In this document: positions 1 to 8,589 of the stretch, piece by piece | Position numbering within the stretch: position 1 is the stretch's first letter | Layout of the letters: each line of letters starts with the position of its first letter | IMG/VR virus record: IMGVR_UViG_3300034357_000647 | Span: 1 to 54,524 of that record | DNA from: a virus | Lineage: Duplodnaviria > Caudoviricetes | Length of the DNA stretch: 54,524 nt | Direction: 5' to 3' (one strand) | Program-made: the position numbers and the translations under genes | The notes under the pieces: model-generated | What the model was told of the DNA's origin: nothing | Seen by the model: the letters and a program-made list of their open reading frames with translations, nothing else | Database searches by the model: none

Positions 1-1
1 T

Positions 2-163
2 AAACCAAATGAAAGCCAGCAAGCTCCAATTGAACGTGTAACTCCAGATGCAATAATTACACCACCAAGACAAGAAGATCCATTAACAGAAATGGAGGTT
101 AAAGTTGCAACAGCAAAAGTAGTTTCAGTAGAAGATATAGAAGCTTCAATGATGGAAGATTAA
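2..163 (+). CDS. 3' end of a hypothetical protein (truncated by window start)
   Basis: Open frame KPNESQQAPIERV...EASMMED* ending just before the ATPase. Confidence 0.7.
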   Translation, partial: KPNESQQAPIERVTPDAIITPPRQEDPLTEMEVKVATAKVVSVEDIEASMMED

Positions 164-182
164 TAATTAAAACAAAATATAA

Positions 183-1034
183 GTGGCTAGAGAAGCAACA
201 TTAGGAATAGCAATCGGTAAAAAAGGTGTTGGTAAATCATATTCAACACTTGCAATGATTCAAACAGTATTAAGACACCCAAAGAAACCTAGAAAGGTTT
301 TAATTTTGGATGTAAATAATGAATTTGGGGATGTTCAAAAAGATCAAAACAAAAACTTTGCTAATATTAGAGCAATTTCATTATCCGAAATTAAAAAATG
401 GTGTTATAATGGAATAATAGAAGCTAGAAGAGTAACTGTAATGAAAGAAGGTGGTGGTAAAATGACCTTAAAAGAAACAGCAGATGCTTTAGCTGTAATA
501 TTAGAAAACTTTCAAAATGGTGTATTACTTATTGAGGATATTACAAAATTCGTATCAGATTCTTTGCCAGGAGATTTAATAGGTGCTATTTGTACACAAA
601 GGCACGTTTCATGTGATGTGATACTTCATTTTCAATCAGTTGGTAAAATGGCTAATCCAAAACTATATGCCAATACTAATTGGTTACGTGTACACAAAAC
701 GGATGATACAGTTAAACGCCACGAATCAAAGTTTGGTGAAGATGTAACTCATTTATATTTAGCTGAAAAATTGGTTGAGTTACAATATGAAAAGGGTAAC
801 ACAAGATTTTTTGTTTTTGTAGATAAAGACATGAAAAATATAAAAGGAGCGTTTACAAAAGCAATGTTTCAAGAAGCAGTAGAAGCTTATTTAGTTGACA
901 ACTATAACTTGGTTGAAAAAGAATTGAAAAAACGTGTTTTAAGAACTGGTAATTTGCTTCATCAAGATAGAACAAAAGCTACAGAACATATTATAGCAAA
1001 ATATATGAAGGAATACTATGGAAATCAAAAATAA
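183..1034 (+). CDS. FtsK/HerA-superfamily genome packaging ATPase (A32/P9-like)
   Basis: Walker A GKKGVGKS near N-terminus, ILDVNNEF strand, Walker B LLIED, arginine-finger QRH followed by HFQS; 283 aa; GTG start. Confidence 0.85.
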   Translation: MAREATLGIAIGKKGVGKSYSTLAMIQTVLRHPKKPRKVLILDVNNEFGDVQKDQNKNFANIRAISLSEIKKWCYNGIIEARRVTVMKEGGGKMTLKETADALAVILENFQNGVLLIEDITKFVSDSLPGDLIGAICTQRHVSCDVILHFQSVGKMANPKLYANTNWLRVHKTDDTVKRHESKFGEDVTHLYLAEKLVELQYEKGNTRFFVFVDKDMKNIKGAFTKAMFQEAVEAYLVDNYNLVEKELKKRVLRTGNLLHQDRTKATEHIIAKYMKEYYGNQK

Positions 1035-1157
1035 TCTTTAACTTTACATATTGAATTAATAAAGTGTGTAAATTCTATGTGTATAGAATACTGATATTGT
1101 AAACCAATAAAAGTTAAAACATACAATTGTTTTCATTATTATCATATTTTAAGTTTT

Positions 1158-1191
1158 AAATCCCGATTATTAAAAATAGTTGGGATTTTTT
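1158..1191 (+). terminator. Intrinsic terminator hairpin
   Basis: aaatcccgattat-loop-atagttgggattt followed by T run. Confidence 0.75.
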
Positions 1192-1212
1192 ATTGTGTGT
1201 TAAATTTATTGT

Positions 1213-1220
1213 TATATTTG
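1213..1220 (+). promoter_or_regulatory. Bacteroidota -7 promoter element
   Basis: TATATTTG matches TAnnTTTG. Confidence 0.6.
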
Positions 1221-1270
1221 CATATAAGTTTAACATTCATAAACTTTTTTTTATTTATATTTAGGTAAGG

Positions 1271-1302
1271 AAAATCCCGATTAATATTTAATCGGGATTT
1301 TT
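1271..1302 (+). terminator. Intrinsic terminator hairpin (near copy of 1158-1191)
   Basis: aaaatcccgattaa-tat-ttaatcgggatttt perfect inverted repeat plus T. Confidence 0.8.
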
Positions 1303-1328
1303 GTTTTTATAATTTATTATATAAATAT

Positions 1329-1336
1329 TATCTTTG
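1329..1336 (+). promoter_or_regulatory. -7 promoter element, probably giving a leaderless mRNA
   Basis: TATCTTTG ends 4 nt before ATG at 1341. Confidence 0.55.
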
Positions 1337-1340
1337 TACT

Positions 1341-2306
1341 ATGAGTACAGCAATAACTGGTAATTTAATTTCATTAGACTTCACAAATATATCGAATCAA
1401 ACAAACGATGTAAACATATTTTCTTTTGAATCAAGTGCTGGATCTACAGAAACTATATTTGTAACTGAATTTGCTTATTATCCAACCGTTCAAATAAATA
1501 ATTTATCATTTGGATCACCAACATTAGATACATTTTTCAATGCAACAATGTTTGGTTTAGTTAAGGAATTTAATGATTTTTATATAGGTATTTACTCTTT
1601 TACTTATGAATTAATTTCTGGTGTGGGTATTGGTGCTATTTATAGACTTTTTGTTAAGCAATTAAATTCTAATTATATACCAGTTTCAATATATAGTGAT
1701 CAATTTTATTATTTTACTGAAAAACAAGTTATTTCTGGTTCAACAGTAGCTGTAACATCTAATTCTGAATTAAGTTATAATGAAATTTCAAATGATTTAC
1801 AAGTACAACCATATATAATTGATTCAATTAATGTATATGCCAATACGCTTTCACAAGTAGATATTAGATGGAAAAAAATAATTAAAAATGCAAATGGAGT
1901 TTCAGCTACAGATTTTAACCAACCTAGAGTTGATCCAATGCAAAAGCAATTTGCAATTGAAAATATACCATTAAATTTTACACCAAGTTCAATAAATATT
2001 TTAGGCTACCGTTTGAATGGATTACAAACAGTACGTGTATTTTTCTATTATAGAACAAAAGATCAATTTGATTTAGCAAATAAAAATTGTTTATCAAAAG
2101 AAAACTTTGATTCAAATACTAAATTTATAAACCCAGAAATTATGATTCATAAAAAACAAATAAACATACCTTTAATTGATTTAACTAAACCAACAATAAA
2201 AGCTGTTTCTATTAAAGAAAAAATAGCAAAAGAAATTAAACCTAGAGAAATTTCTGAAGCTGAAGTTTTTAGTGCATTTGATGGTGTTGATTATAAAGAA
2301 ATGTAA
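1341..2306 (+). CDS. Capsid-protein paralogue (second or minor jelly-roll protein with inserted domain)
   Basis: LSYNEISNDLQVQPYIIDSI...NANG...PRVDPMQKQ aligns by eye with ITYAEFLQDIKSSPFKVGQI...ESNG...PRLDPMQNQ of 4591-5262. Confidence 0.6.
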   Translation: MSTAITGNLISLDFTNISNQTNDVNIFSFESSAGSTETIFVTEFAYYPTVQINNLSFGSPTLDTFFNATMFGLVKEFNDFYIGIYSFTYELISGVGIGAIYRLFVKQLNSNYIPVSIYSDQFYYFTEKQVISGSTVAVTSNSELSYNEISNDLQVQPYIIDSINVYANTLSQVDIRWKKIIKNANGVSATDFNQPRVDPMQKQFAIENIPLNFTPSSINILGYRLNGLQTVRVFFYYRTKDQFDLANKNCLSKENFDSNTKFINPEIMIHKKQINIPLIDLTKPTIKAVSIKEKIAKEIKPREISEAEVFSAFDGVDYKEM

Positions 2307-2308
2307 AT

Positions 2309-2339
2309 AAAAAAGCGAGAATTAAACCTCGCTTTTTTT
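2309..2339. terminator. Bidirectional intrinsic terminator
   Basis: aaaaaagcgag-aattaaac-ctcgctttttt between convergent genes. Confidence 0.8.
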
Positions 2340-2340
2340 A

Positions 2341-2610
2341 TTAATCAATCCATCTACGAACACTACGCTCTTGAAGCTCTTTACCATATTGCTTTTTACC
2401 GTATTTTAAATTTTCAATTTGTTTTTCTAAATTAGAAATATCAATAAATAAAATATTTCTATTTCTAATTGCACCCTCCACGAATTCAGAAGGTGCTTTA
2501 TCTTTTATATATTGCATTAAAATAGCTGTTTCAGCAGTAAGTTGTGTTTTTTTTAAATTAAGCTCTTCAACAACTACATTTGATTGTTTTTCATTAAATG
2601 GAGTTTTCAT
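2341..2610 (-). CDS. Hypothetical coiled-coil protein
   Basis: 89-aa ORF, last of a tight 3-gene minus-strand operon. Confidence 0.7.
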   Translation of the reverse strand: MKTPFNEKQSNVVVEELNLKKTQLTAETAILMQYIKDKAPSEFVEGAIRNRNILFIDISNLEKQIENLKYGKKQYGKELQERSVRRWID

Positions 2611-2611
2611 A

Positions 2612-3457
2612 TTAAATAGGATCAGTTAAATATTGAAGTTCTTTTAACTGAACTTTATCTTTTTTTATTTCTTCAATAATACCATTAACCCTATTTTTTA
2701 AAGAAGTATAGTACAGCCATAATTTTTCTTCATCATTTACATGTTCAGAATATTTATCTAAAATAAATTGCAGTTGAACATCAATACCAGTTTTAGCAAT
2801 TAAATTACCACGTTTATAATAATCTTCAACTTTTTCTTTAGCTTCAGCAAGTTCTACTTCATAAACTGGCAAAAATTGTTCAACGTAATATTCATTCCTA
2901 GAATTTAAACGTTTGTTTAAAGTTTTTAAATGAAGTTCTTTTTCAAATATTTCTAGCTTTAATTTTGAGCTTTCATAAAATGTTAATCCACCTTCAGATA
3001 AAACATTATTTCCTTCTTCAATAAAACTTTTAATGTATTCAATATTTTTTTCAAGATTATCAATTACAAAAGGGTGTTCAATATTAGCTGGTAATTTAAC
3101 AGCCTTACCAAAAATTTCATATTCAGATAATTTTTCAGCTTCTTTTTGGTGATTAATAAATTCAATCGTTTCTTTTTCTTCTTTAGTTGCAATTTTATCA
3201 ACTTGTGGTATAACGTAATGTTGGTAATCTCTTCTTGTTAATTTAAAACGTTCAGACAACTGGCGAGCTTTCCATTCATTTTCATTTAATTCAATTTGAA
3301 GTTGAGAACTTTCTAACTTTGAAAGTTTTTTACTTTCCAATTTCATTTTGATTTCTTTAATAAGATCTGAATGTAACGCTACACCTTTTGCATAGGTTTC
3401 CATTAATTTTTCAGACATATCTTTTTTGTACAATAATGTTACTAATTTTTGATCCAT
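2612..3457 (-). CDS. Hypothetical alpha-helical protein with internal duplication
   Basis: 281 aa; LSKLESSQLQIELNE...YVIP resembles LTFYESSKLKLEIFE...QFLP. Confidence 0.75.
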   Translation of the reverse strand: MDQKLVTLLYKKDMSEKLMETYAKGVALHSDLIKEIKMKLESKKLSKLESSQLQIELNENEWKARQLSERFKLTRRDYQHYVIPQVDKIATKEEKETIEFINHQKEAEKLSEYEIFGKAVKLPANIEHPFVIDNLEKNIEYIKSFIEEGNNVLSEGGLTFYESSKLKLEIFEKELHLKTLNKRLNSRNEYYVEQFLPVYEVELAEAKEKVEDYYKRGNLIAKTGIDVQLQFILDKYSEHVNDEEKLWLYYTSLKNRVNGIIEEIKKDKVQLKELQYLTDPI

Positions 3458-3468
3458 TTTATTTTGTT

Positions 3469-4188
3469 TTAATTTAATTTACCAAACCAAGTTGTGTTAT
3501 AATGCTTACATTGAATTGTTGTATCAACATAAATAGGTATTTGCAAATAGAAACAATCATTTGCAAACCAAGTATCAGAATGAAAGTTTACATTTTCAAC
3601 AGCTCTAAAAGGAATTTTTTCAAATACTGAACGGTGAATTAATACACAACCTAATCCAGCGTGATAAACTTGTTTTAATTGTCCATTAAAAAAAGTAGGT
3701 TCTTCATCTGTTAAAAATAAGGGAGTTCTATATTCACGAATATTTTTATCATACGGTTCATCAATCTGAATCATAGGAGTTCTTTTTGATCCAAAAAATA
3801 AATCATAAACACCAGCACAAACCTTTTTATTATTATTTAATAAACGTTCAATAACATCAAAAGGAGGTATAATATCAGTTTCTAAATGAAATATAAAATC
3901 AAAATCATGTTTTAAAGCATATAATCTACAAGCTTCATGTGAATCATTAATCGTAAAAATAATCCCTTTTTTATTTTGAGGGATATGTTTTACTTTAATA
4001 CCTAGATTTTTAAATTTTTTGTAATTTTCTTTTGAAATAGAATTATCGGCTAAAAAGACTTCATATCTATGAGCTGGATAAGTCAAGTTTTTTACTCGTT
4101 CCCACCAAATTTCCCAAGCATAATTTTTACTTTCATGTTGGGGCGCACAAATCAATACTTTTGGTAATTGTATTTTTTCGTTTTTCAT
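3469..4188 (-). CDS. Glycosyltransferase, GT2/GT-A fold
   Basis: KVLICAP start, FLADNS, FIFHLETD (DxD-like), GLGCVLIHRSVFEKI, SDTWF, IYVDTTIQCKH. Confidence 0.85.
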   Translation of the reverse strand: MKNEKIQLPKVLICAPQHESKNYAWEIWWERVKNLTYPAHRYEVFLADNSISKENYKKFKNLGIKVKHIPQNKKGIIFTINDSHEACRLYALKHDFDFIFHLETDIIPPFDVIERLLNNNKKVCAGVYDLFFGSKRTPMIQIDEPYDKNIREYRTPLFLTDEEPTFFNGQLKQVYHAGLGCVLIHRSVFEKIPFRAVENVNFHSDTWFANDCFYLQIPIYVDTTIQCKHYNTTWFGKLN

Positions 4189-4429
4189 TCTTTTAAATAT
4201 TTTCGTCTAAATTATATATTATAAATACCTAAAAAACAGTTATTCGTTAACATTGTTTAACGTTGCAATTAATTGATAATAAGCAAGTAAACCTTTAATA
4301 TATAACTAAATGTTATTGCTAGATTTTATAAAACCTATCAAACAACACAACTTTGTAACAATTAGCGAAACAGTGAGTGTTCGCTGTTAGCATTAAAAAA
4401 TTTGTGTAAATTTTAAAAAACAAAAAAAA

Positions 4430-4552
4430 ATGAAAACAATTAATCCATTAGTTCAAATTTTAAAAGAAGCTTTACCAGTAGTTATTGGTGTTGCTGGTGG
4501 TATGTTCGTTTATGAGTTCGCCAAAAAGCAAATGACAAAAACAACAATGTAA
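4430..4552 (+). CDS. Small membrane protein (40 aa), not in ORF track
   Basis: MKTINPLVQILKEALPVVIGVAGGMFVYEFAKKQMTKTTM*, A-rich start context, directly before capsid gene. Confidence 0.7.
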   Translation: MKTINPLVQILKEALPVVIGVAGGMFVYEFAKKQMTKTTM

Positions 4553-4590
4553 TCTTCAAAAAAGAAGTTTAATTTAAAAAAATCAAAAAA

Positions 4591-5262
4591 ATGAATTATT
4601 TTGAAACAGCAGAGAGTTTCGCAAACGAAAACTACTCTAATTATAGTGGAAGCGAATGGAATAATTTCGTAGATGCTTATGCTTATGCAGATGGTGGAGC
4701 AGAACAAGACATTGCATCTTCTTTGCCTTTCGTAATCAATATTAACAACTCTACTACAAATGACGTTAGTTCAGTAGTTGTTTTAAATGCGAATACAGCT
4801 GGAAACGCTTCAGCACCAGCATTCGGTAACAATGCAGCAATTACTATTACTATGGACAATGGTGATATTACTTATGCAGAGTTCCTACAAGACATTAAAT
4901 CTTCTCCATTTAAAGTTGGTCAGATTTACTTGCAATCAGCAAACGCTTCACAACCGTTTAAAGCATTAACAATCAAACATAGAGAATCAAATGGTATCGT
5001 AAGATCTATTCCAGTATCTCCACGTTTAGATCCAATGCAAAATCAATCTGGTGTTACTATCGTGAAATACCAATTCCCAGTAAACGCTTACACATCAATC
5101 ACAACAACAATTTTAGCAAGTGCTACATTGACTATGTCATTATATCCTTCTGAACAAATTAACGTTGCTCGTTCATTATCTGGACAAGATGTTACTAAAG
5201 CTTACGCTAGACCAAGTTTATCTCAATTACAAATTCCTAACGGAAGACCATTAGTTGGATAG
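4591..5262 (+). CDS. Putative major capsid protein, single jelly-roll-like
   Basis: 223 aa with about 8 alternating beta-strand segments; codons typical of high expression (aac, ttc, tac, atc); followed by strong terminator; acidic/aromatic N-terminal arm. Confidence 0.65.
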   Translation: MNYFETAESFANENYSNYSGSEWNNFVDAYAYADGGAEQDIASSLPFVININNSTTNDVSSVVVLNANTAGNASAPAFGNNAAITITMDNGDITYAEFLQDIKSSPFKVGQIYLQSANASQPFKALTIKHRESNGIVRSIPVSPRLDPMQNQSGVTIVKYQFPVNAYTSITTTILASATLTMSLYPSEQINVARSLSGQDVTKAYARPSLSQLQIPNGRPLVG

Positions 5263-5287
5263 TCTTACAAGATAAGTAAAATACCAT

Positions 5288-5325
5288 AAAAGGGTAGGTG
5301 GTTTAACTACCTACCTTTTTTTTTT
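5288..5325 (+). terminator. Intrinsic terminator after putative MCP
   Basis: aaaagggtaggtgg-ttta-actacctacctttt plus long T run. Confidence 0.85.
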
Positions 5326-5344
5326 GAAACCAAAATAGAAAATA

Positions 5345-5749
5345 ATGAATGTATATCAATATACAGCTTTAAACAATCCACAAGGTTCAACCAATATGGT
5401 TGAAAGTTATGGTATTAGAGCAATTAGACACCCAAAACATTTAGCGAAACAATTAGCGTTGGTAGTTGCTAAACATAGAGATAGTGCTTTGGGGAAATTA
5501 GCTGAAATTCATCCAGACGTTCCATTGTTTCAAAAACAAATTGATGATTTCAAAGTGAAAATAAAATCAGAAAGCGAAAAAAACAACTCTTCATTTTCTA
5601 ATTTTATTGATGGACAAACGATAAAATCTGATATAGCTTCACTACAAGATAAAGTTTCAACAACTCCAGAAACTGGTAAAAGCAAAACAGAATTATTAAT
5701 TATCGGTGGGGTAATAGTTATTGGTTTAGCTATCATTTTCAAAAAATAA
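5345..5749 (+). CDS. Virion membrane protein, C-terminal anchor
   Basis: Ends LLIIGGVIVIGLAIIFKK; carries FSNFIDG. Confidence 0.75.
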   Translation: MNVYQYTALNNPQGSTNMVESYGIRAIRHPKHLAKQLALVVAKHRDSALGKLAEIHPDVPLFQKQIDDFKVKIKSESEKNNSSFSNFIDGQTIKSDIASLQDKVSTTPETGKSKTELLIIGGVIVIGLAIIFKK

Positions 5750-5762
5750 AAAAAAAATAAAG

Positions 5763-6386
5763 ATGATATACGGTGGTGATATAATGAGTAATTTTTCTGG
5801 ATCAATCATGTCAAATGATAAAGAAATGCAAAAGGATATTTTATTGTCTGAAATTCATAAGATTTTAGATAAAAACCCTAAATCATTAATTGATGCCTTA
5901 AAAAATTCTGGTGTAGATGTTCCTTCAGATATATCAAAAAAACATTTAATTCATTTGGTGGTTGAAGCTGTTTATGAAAATACTAAATTTAGAGAAAATA
6001 TAGCATTTTTAATAGCTCAAAATCAAAATTCAAATTTCTCAAATGCAAATGGTGAATTAATTGATAAAATAAAAGGTTTTTTCGCCAAATCTGGTGATGG
6101 TTCATCGGATTCAACAGCTGAAGGTGCTGGTGGAAAAATTTTAGGTGGAGCTTCAAGTGGTGGTGTTGTAGGTGCTGTATCTGGAGCAGTAAATTCAATT
6201 TTTGGATTTGCTAAATCTAAAACAGATGCAAAAACACAAAAAGAAGCTGATAAACAAACATTAATATTAGCTCTTACCCAAGACGAAGAAAAAAAGAAAA
6301 GTAATTTAATGCCAATCATAATAATTGCAACTGTTTTATTAATCGGTGGTGCAATTGCAGTTGTTTCATTAAGAAATAAAAAGTAA
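5763..6386 (+). CDS. Virion membrane protein, Gly-rich segment and C-terminal anchor
   Basis: Ends IIIIATVLLIGGAIAVVSLRNKK; carries MSNFSG and FSNANG. Confidence 0.75.
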   Translation: MIYGGDIMSNFSGSIMSNDKEMQKDILLSEIHKILDKNPKSLIDALKNSGVDVPSDISKKHLIHLVVEAVYENTKFRENIAFLIAQNQNSNFSNANGELIDKIKGFFAKSGDGSSDSTAEGAGGKILGGASSGGVVGAVSGAVNSIFGFAKSKTDAKTQKEADKQTLILALTQDEEKKKSNLMPIIIIATVLLIGGAIAVVSLRNKK

Positions 6387-6389
6387 AAA

Positions 6390-6905
6390 ATGAATAATAA
6401 CGCTACTTATTACAATTGCCAAATAACGAGGGATTTTAAAGCTCCAAAACGTAATGGTGGTTCAGTAATGTACAAAGAGTTAAAAAAAAACAATGTTATT
6501 GTAGCAACACCAATAAATGCAAGCAGTACACCAAATTCTGTATTGAAAGTATTTAAAACACAAGATGGTTATATGATACCAGAAAATTGTGTTCATATAT
6601 TATCGAAAGTAAAACAACATTCAAACGTGAATGGTTCAGAAGAAATTGAATATGCAGAAATAGTTGAAGATAAGCCAAAAACAATGGCTTTACCAACACC
6701 TACTTCAATTAAAACTGGATTAACACAATCAATTCAAACAAAAAGCAAAATTGCAGTAAATGGAGCTTTAATTGGATTAGGCGTAGGATTAGTTTATGCT
6801 ATGATGAAACAGAAAAATAAATTAATGTTTTCAGCTTTAGGATCTGTAGGAGGATTCTTTATTGGAAACTTATATAATAACTATATAAACGAAGATAAAA
6901 AATGA
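6390..6905 (+). CDS. Membrane protein with two C-terminal hydrophobic helices
   Basis: GALIGLGVGLVYAMM and FSALGSVGGFFIG; carries HSNVNG. Confidence 0.75.
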   Translation: MNNNATYYNCQITRDFKAPKRNGGSVMYKELKKNNVIVATPINASSTPNSVLKVFKTQDGYMIPENCVHILSKVKQHSNVNGSEEIEYAEIVEDKPKTMALPTPTSIKTGLTQSIQTKSKIAVNGALIGLGVGLVYAMMKQKNKLMFSALGSVGGFFIGNLYNNYINEDKK

Positions 6906-7360
6906 TTACAAGAACTCAATGGAAGCCTTTAGATGCTAGGGGAATAGTGCCATTTACAGTAAATAAATCTATTACACTTGATTTATACACATGTGATAAA
7001 GATAAAGAAGGCACAAAACAAACGTTCATGAAAGATTCAAAGTTTGAAGGTCAATTAGTAAGAGCTAGAATTTCAAAACGTTTATTAAATGGTGCTTTTG
7101 TTCCACATACAGAAACAAGTGGTTTAATGGTTACTACTCCAGATAAATCTGGTTATTATTTAATTCCAACTTCTGTAGCCCAACCAATCGAAGAAGTTGA
7201 AATAGATGAAACTATTTCACCTATGAATAAATCATTAACATCAGATATTCAAACTGGATTAAAAGATATTAATGAAAACCCAGAAAAAAAATACTTTGGT
7301 TTTACTGTTAAGCAATTATTAGTAATCGGAGTAGCATTATTAATCGTAAGAAAACTTTAA
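6902..7360 (+). CDS. Membrane protein, C-terminal anchor
   Basis: Ends LLVIGVALLIVRKL. Confidence 0.7.
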   Translation: MITRTQWKPLDARGIVPFTVNKSITLDLYTCDKDKEGTKQTFMKDSKFEGQLVRARISKRLLNGAFVPHTETSGLMVTTPDKSGYYLIPTSVAQPIEEVEIDETISPMNKSLTSDIQTGLKDINENPEKKYFGFTVKQLLVIGVALLIVRKL

Positions 7361-7364
7361 AAAA

Positions 7365-7850
7365 ATGTCAAGATCTCATTACTATCATATAGATGCAATG
7401 GTTAACAATGTTGCAACAGCACCTTTAGAACCAGTATTAAGTCCAGAAACACAGCCTACATCTTCAAGACCAACAAGAGGAACAGCTGATGTCTTAACAA
7501 CTAGTCCAGTATTTACTATGCCAACTTACACACCTACAATGTCAATTGACGAAGGGGATAGTAGAGGTAATGTTTTAACAACTCGCCCAGTATTTACTAT
7601 GCCAGTTTACACGCCAACAGTAACCGTTCCGATTTCAGATGTTGTACCAGTTGCACTTGCTACGCCAACAGCAATTAAACCAATGCCTACTTATGGTGGT
7701 GGAGGTGGTGGTGGTGCTATGAGTACACCAAAACCACAAACAAAAGAATTTATGGAAGCACCAAAACCAAGTTTTTTGAAAAGAAATTGGTTGCCAATTT
7801 TATTAATTGGATCAGCAGTTTTCATTTTAATTAAAAAACCAATAAAATAA
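7365..7850 (+). CDS. Pro/Thr-rich membrane protein with poly-Gly and C-terminal anchor
   Basis: Duplicated VLTTxPVFTMPxYTPT, GGGGGGG, ends WLPILLIGSAVFILIKKPIK. Confidence 0.75.
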   Translation: MSRSHYYHIDAMVNNVATAPLEPVLSPETQPTSSRPTRGTADVLTTSPVFTMPTYTPTMSIDEGDSRGNVLTTRPVFTMPVYTPTVTVPISDVVPVALATPTAIKPMPTYGGGGGGGAMSTPKPQTKEFMEAPKPSFLKRNWLPILLIGSAVFILIKKPIK

Positions 7851-7855
7851 GCAGT

Positions 7856-8230
7856 ATGAATACAAATATGCAATTAGAATTAATCCAGAATCAACAAGAT
7901 AACCTTTCGGCTAACAAAGTTTACAGAGGTTGGTTAAATGCTGGTGGAACTGGTTCATTTAAAGACTTTATGACAAAAGCACAACAAGAAGGTTGGTTAG
8001 ACCAAGGGTTGAACGCTTTAAGTGCATTAGCATATACTAAATACGGTACAGAGGGAACAAAAGGTGATATTATTGGTGATACTCCATGTGATGAAGGTTA
8101 TGCAAAAGATGAAAATGGAATTTGTCAGCCAATCAAAAAAGGAATGTCAACTATAGCTATGGTTGGTATTGGCGTTGCTATAGCTGGGGTTATTACTGGA
8201 GTTATTATATTAATGAATAAGAAAAAATAA
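7856..8230 (+). CDS. Membrane protein with small Cys loop and C-terminal anchor
   Basis: CDEGYAKDENGIC before IAMVGIGVAIAGVITGVIILMNKKK. Confidence 0.75.
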   Translation: MNTNMQLELIQNQQDNLSANKVYRGWLNAGGTGSFKDFMTKAQQEGWLDQGLNALSALAYTKYGTEGTKGDIIGDTPCDEGYAKDENGICQPIKKGMSTIAMVGIGVAIAGVITGVIILMNKKK

Positions 8231-8236
8231 GAAATT

Positions 8237-8587
8237 ATGGGATTTAACGAAGAACTATACACAATGGGATTAAAACCAAGTGTATCTAAAAAAGGATATA
8301 ATAATTTTAATACTGGTGATGAAATACCGACATTAGCATTAAAACCAATTAATAATACAATTACACCAGAATTAACAGCGTTTAAATCAAACGCTGGATT
8401 AATGGCGTTAAAAGCAAACGAAGTATTCAAAGATTCTTTTGGTATTCCTGATTTAACTTCAACTAATACTGAAGATGAAGAAATGAAAGAAAAAATGACT
8501 ACTAAAACAAAACAAATTGTTGTTGGATCAATGGTTGCTTTGGCATTAGGTGTGGTAATTTTTATAGTAATTAAAAACAGAAAATAA
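8237..8587 (+). CDS. Membrane protein, C-terminal anchor
   Basis: Ends IVVGSMVALALGVVIFIVIKNRK; carries YNNFNTG. Confidence 0.75.
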   Translation: MGFNEELYTMGLKPSVSKKGYNNFNTGDEIPTLALKPINNTITPELTAFKSNAGLMALKANEVFKDSFGIPDLTSTNTEDEEMKEKMTTKTKQIVVGSMVALALGVVIFIVIKNRK

Positions 8588-8589
8588 TT

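Noticed and set aside
183-1034. Conjugative VirB4/TraG or Zot-like filamentous phage ATPase
   Set aside because: Short stand-alone domain with no TM segment or T4SS neighbours; context fits icosahedral virus packaging better
1056-1145. Minus-strand 29-aa hydrophobic peptide MIIMKTIVCFNFYWF... (type I toxin-like)
   Set aside because: No clear minus-strand promoter and such ORFs arise easily in AT-rich DNA; not excluded
4591-5262. Double jelly-roll major capsid protein
   Set aside because: Only about 8 strand-like segments in a ~150-aa core; appears too short for two barrels (needs structure prediction)
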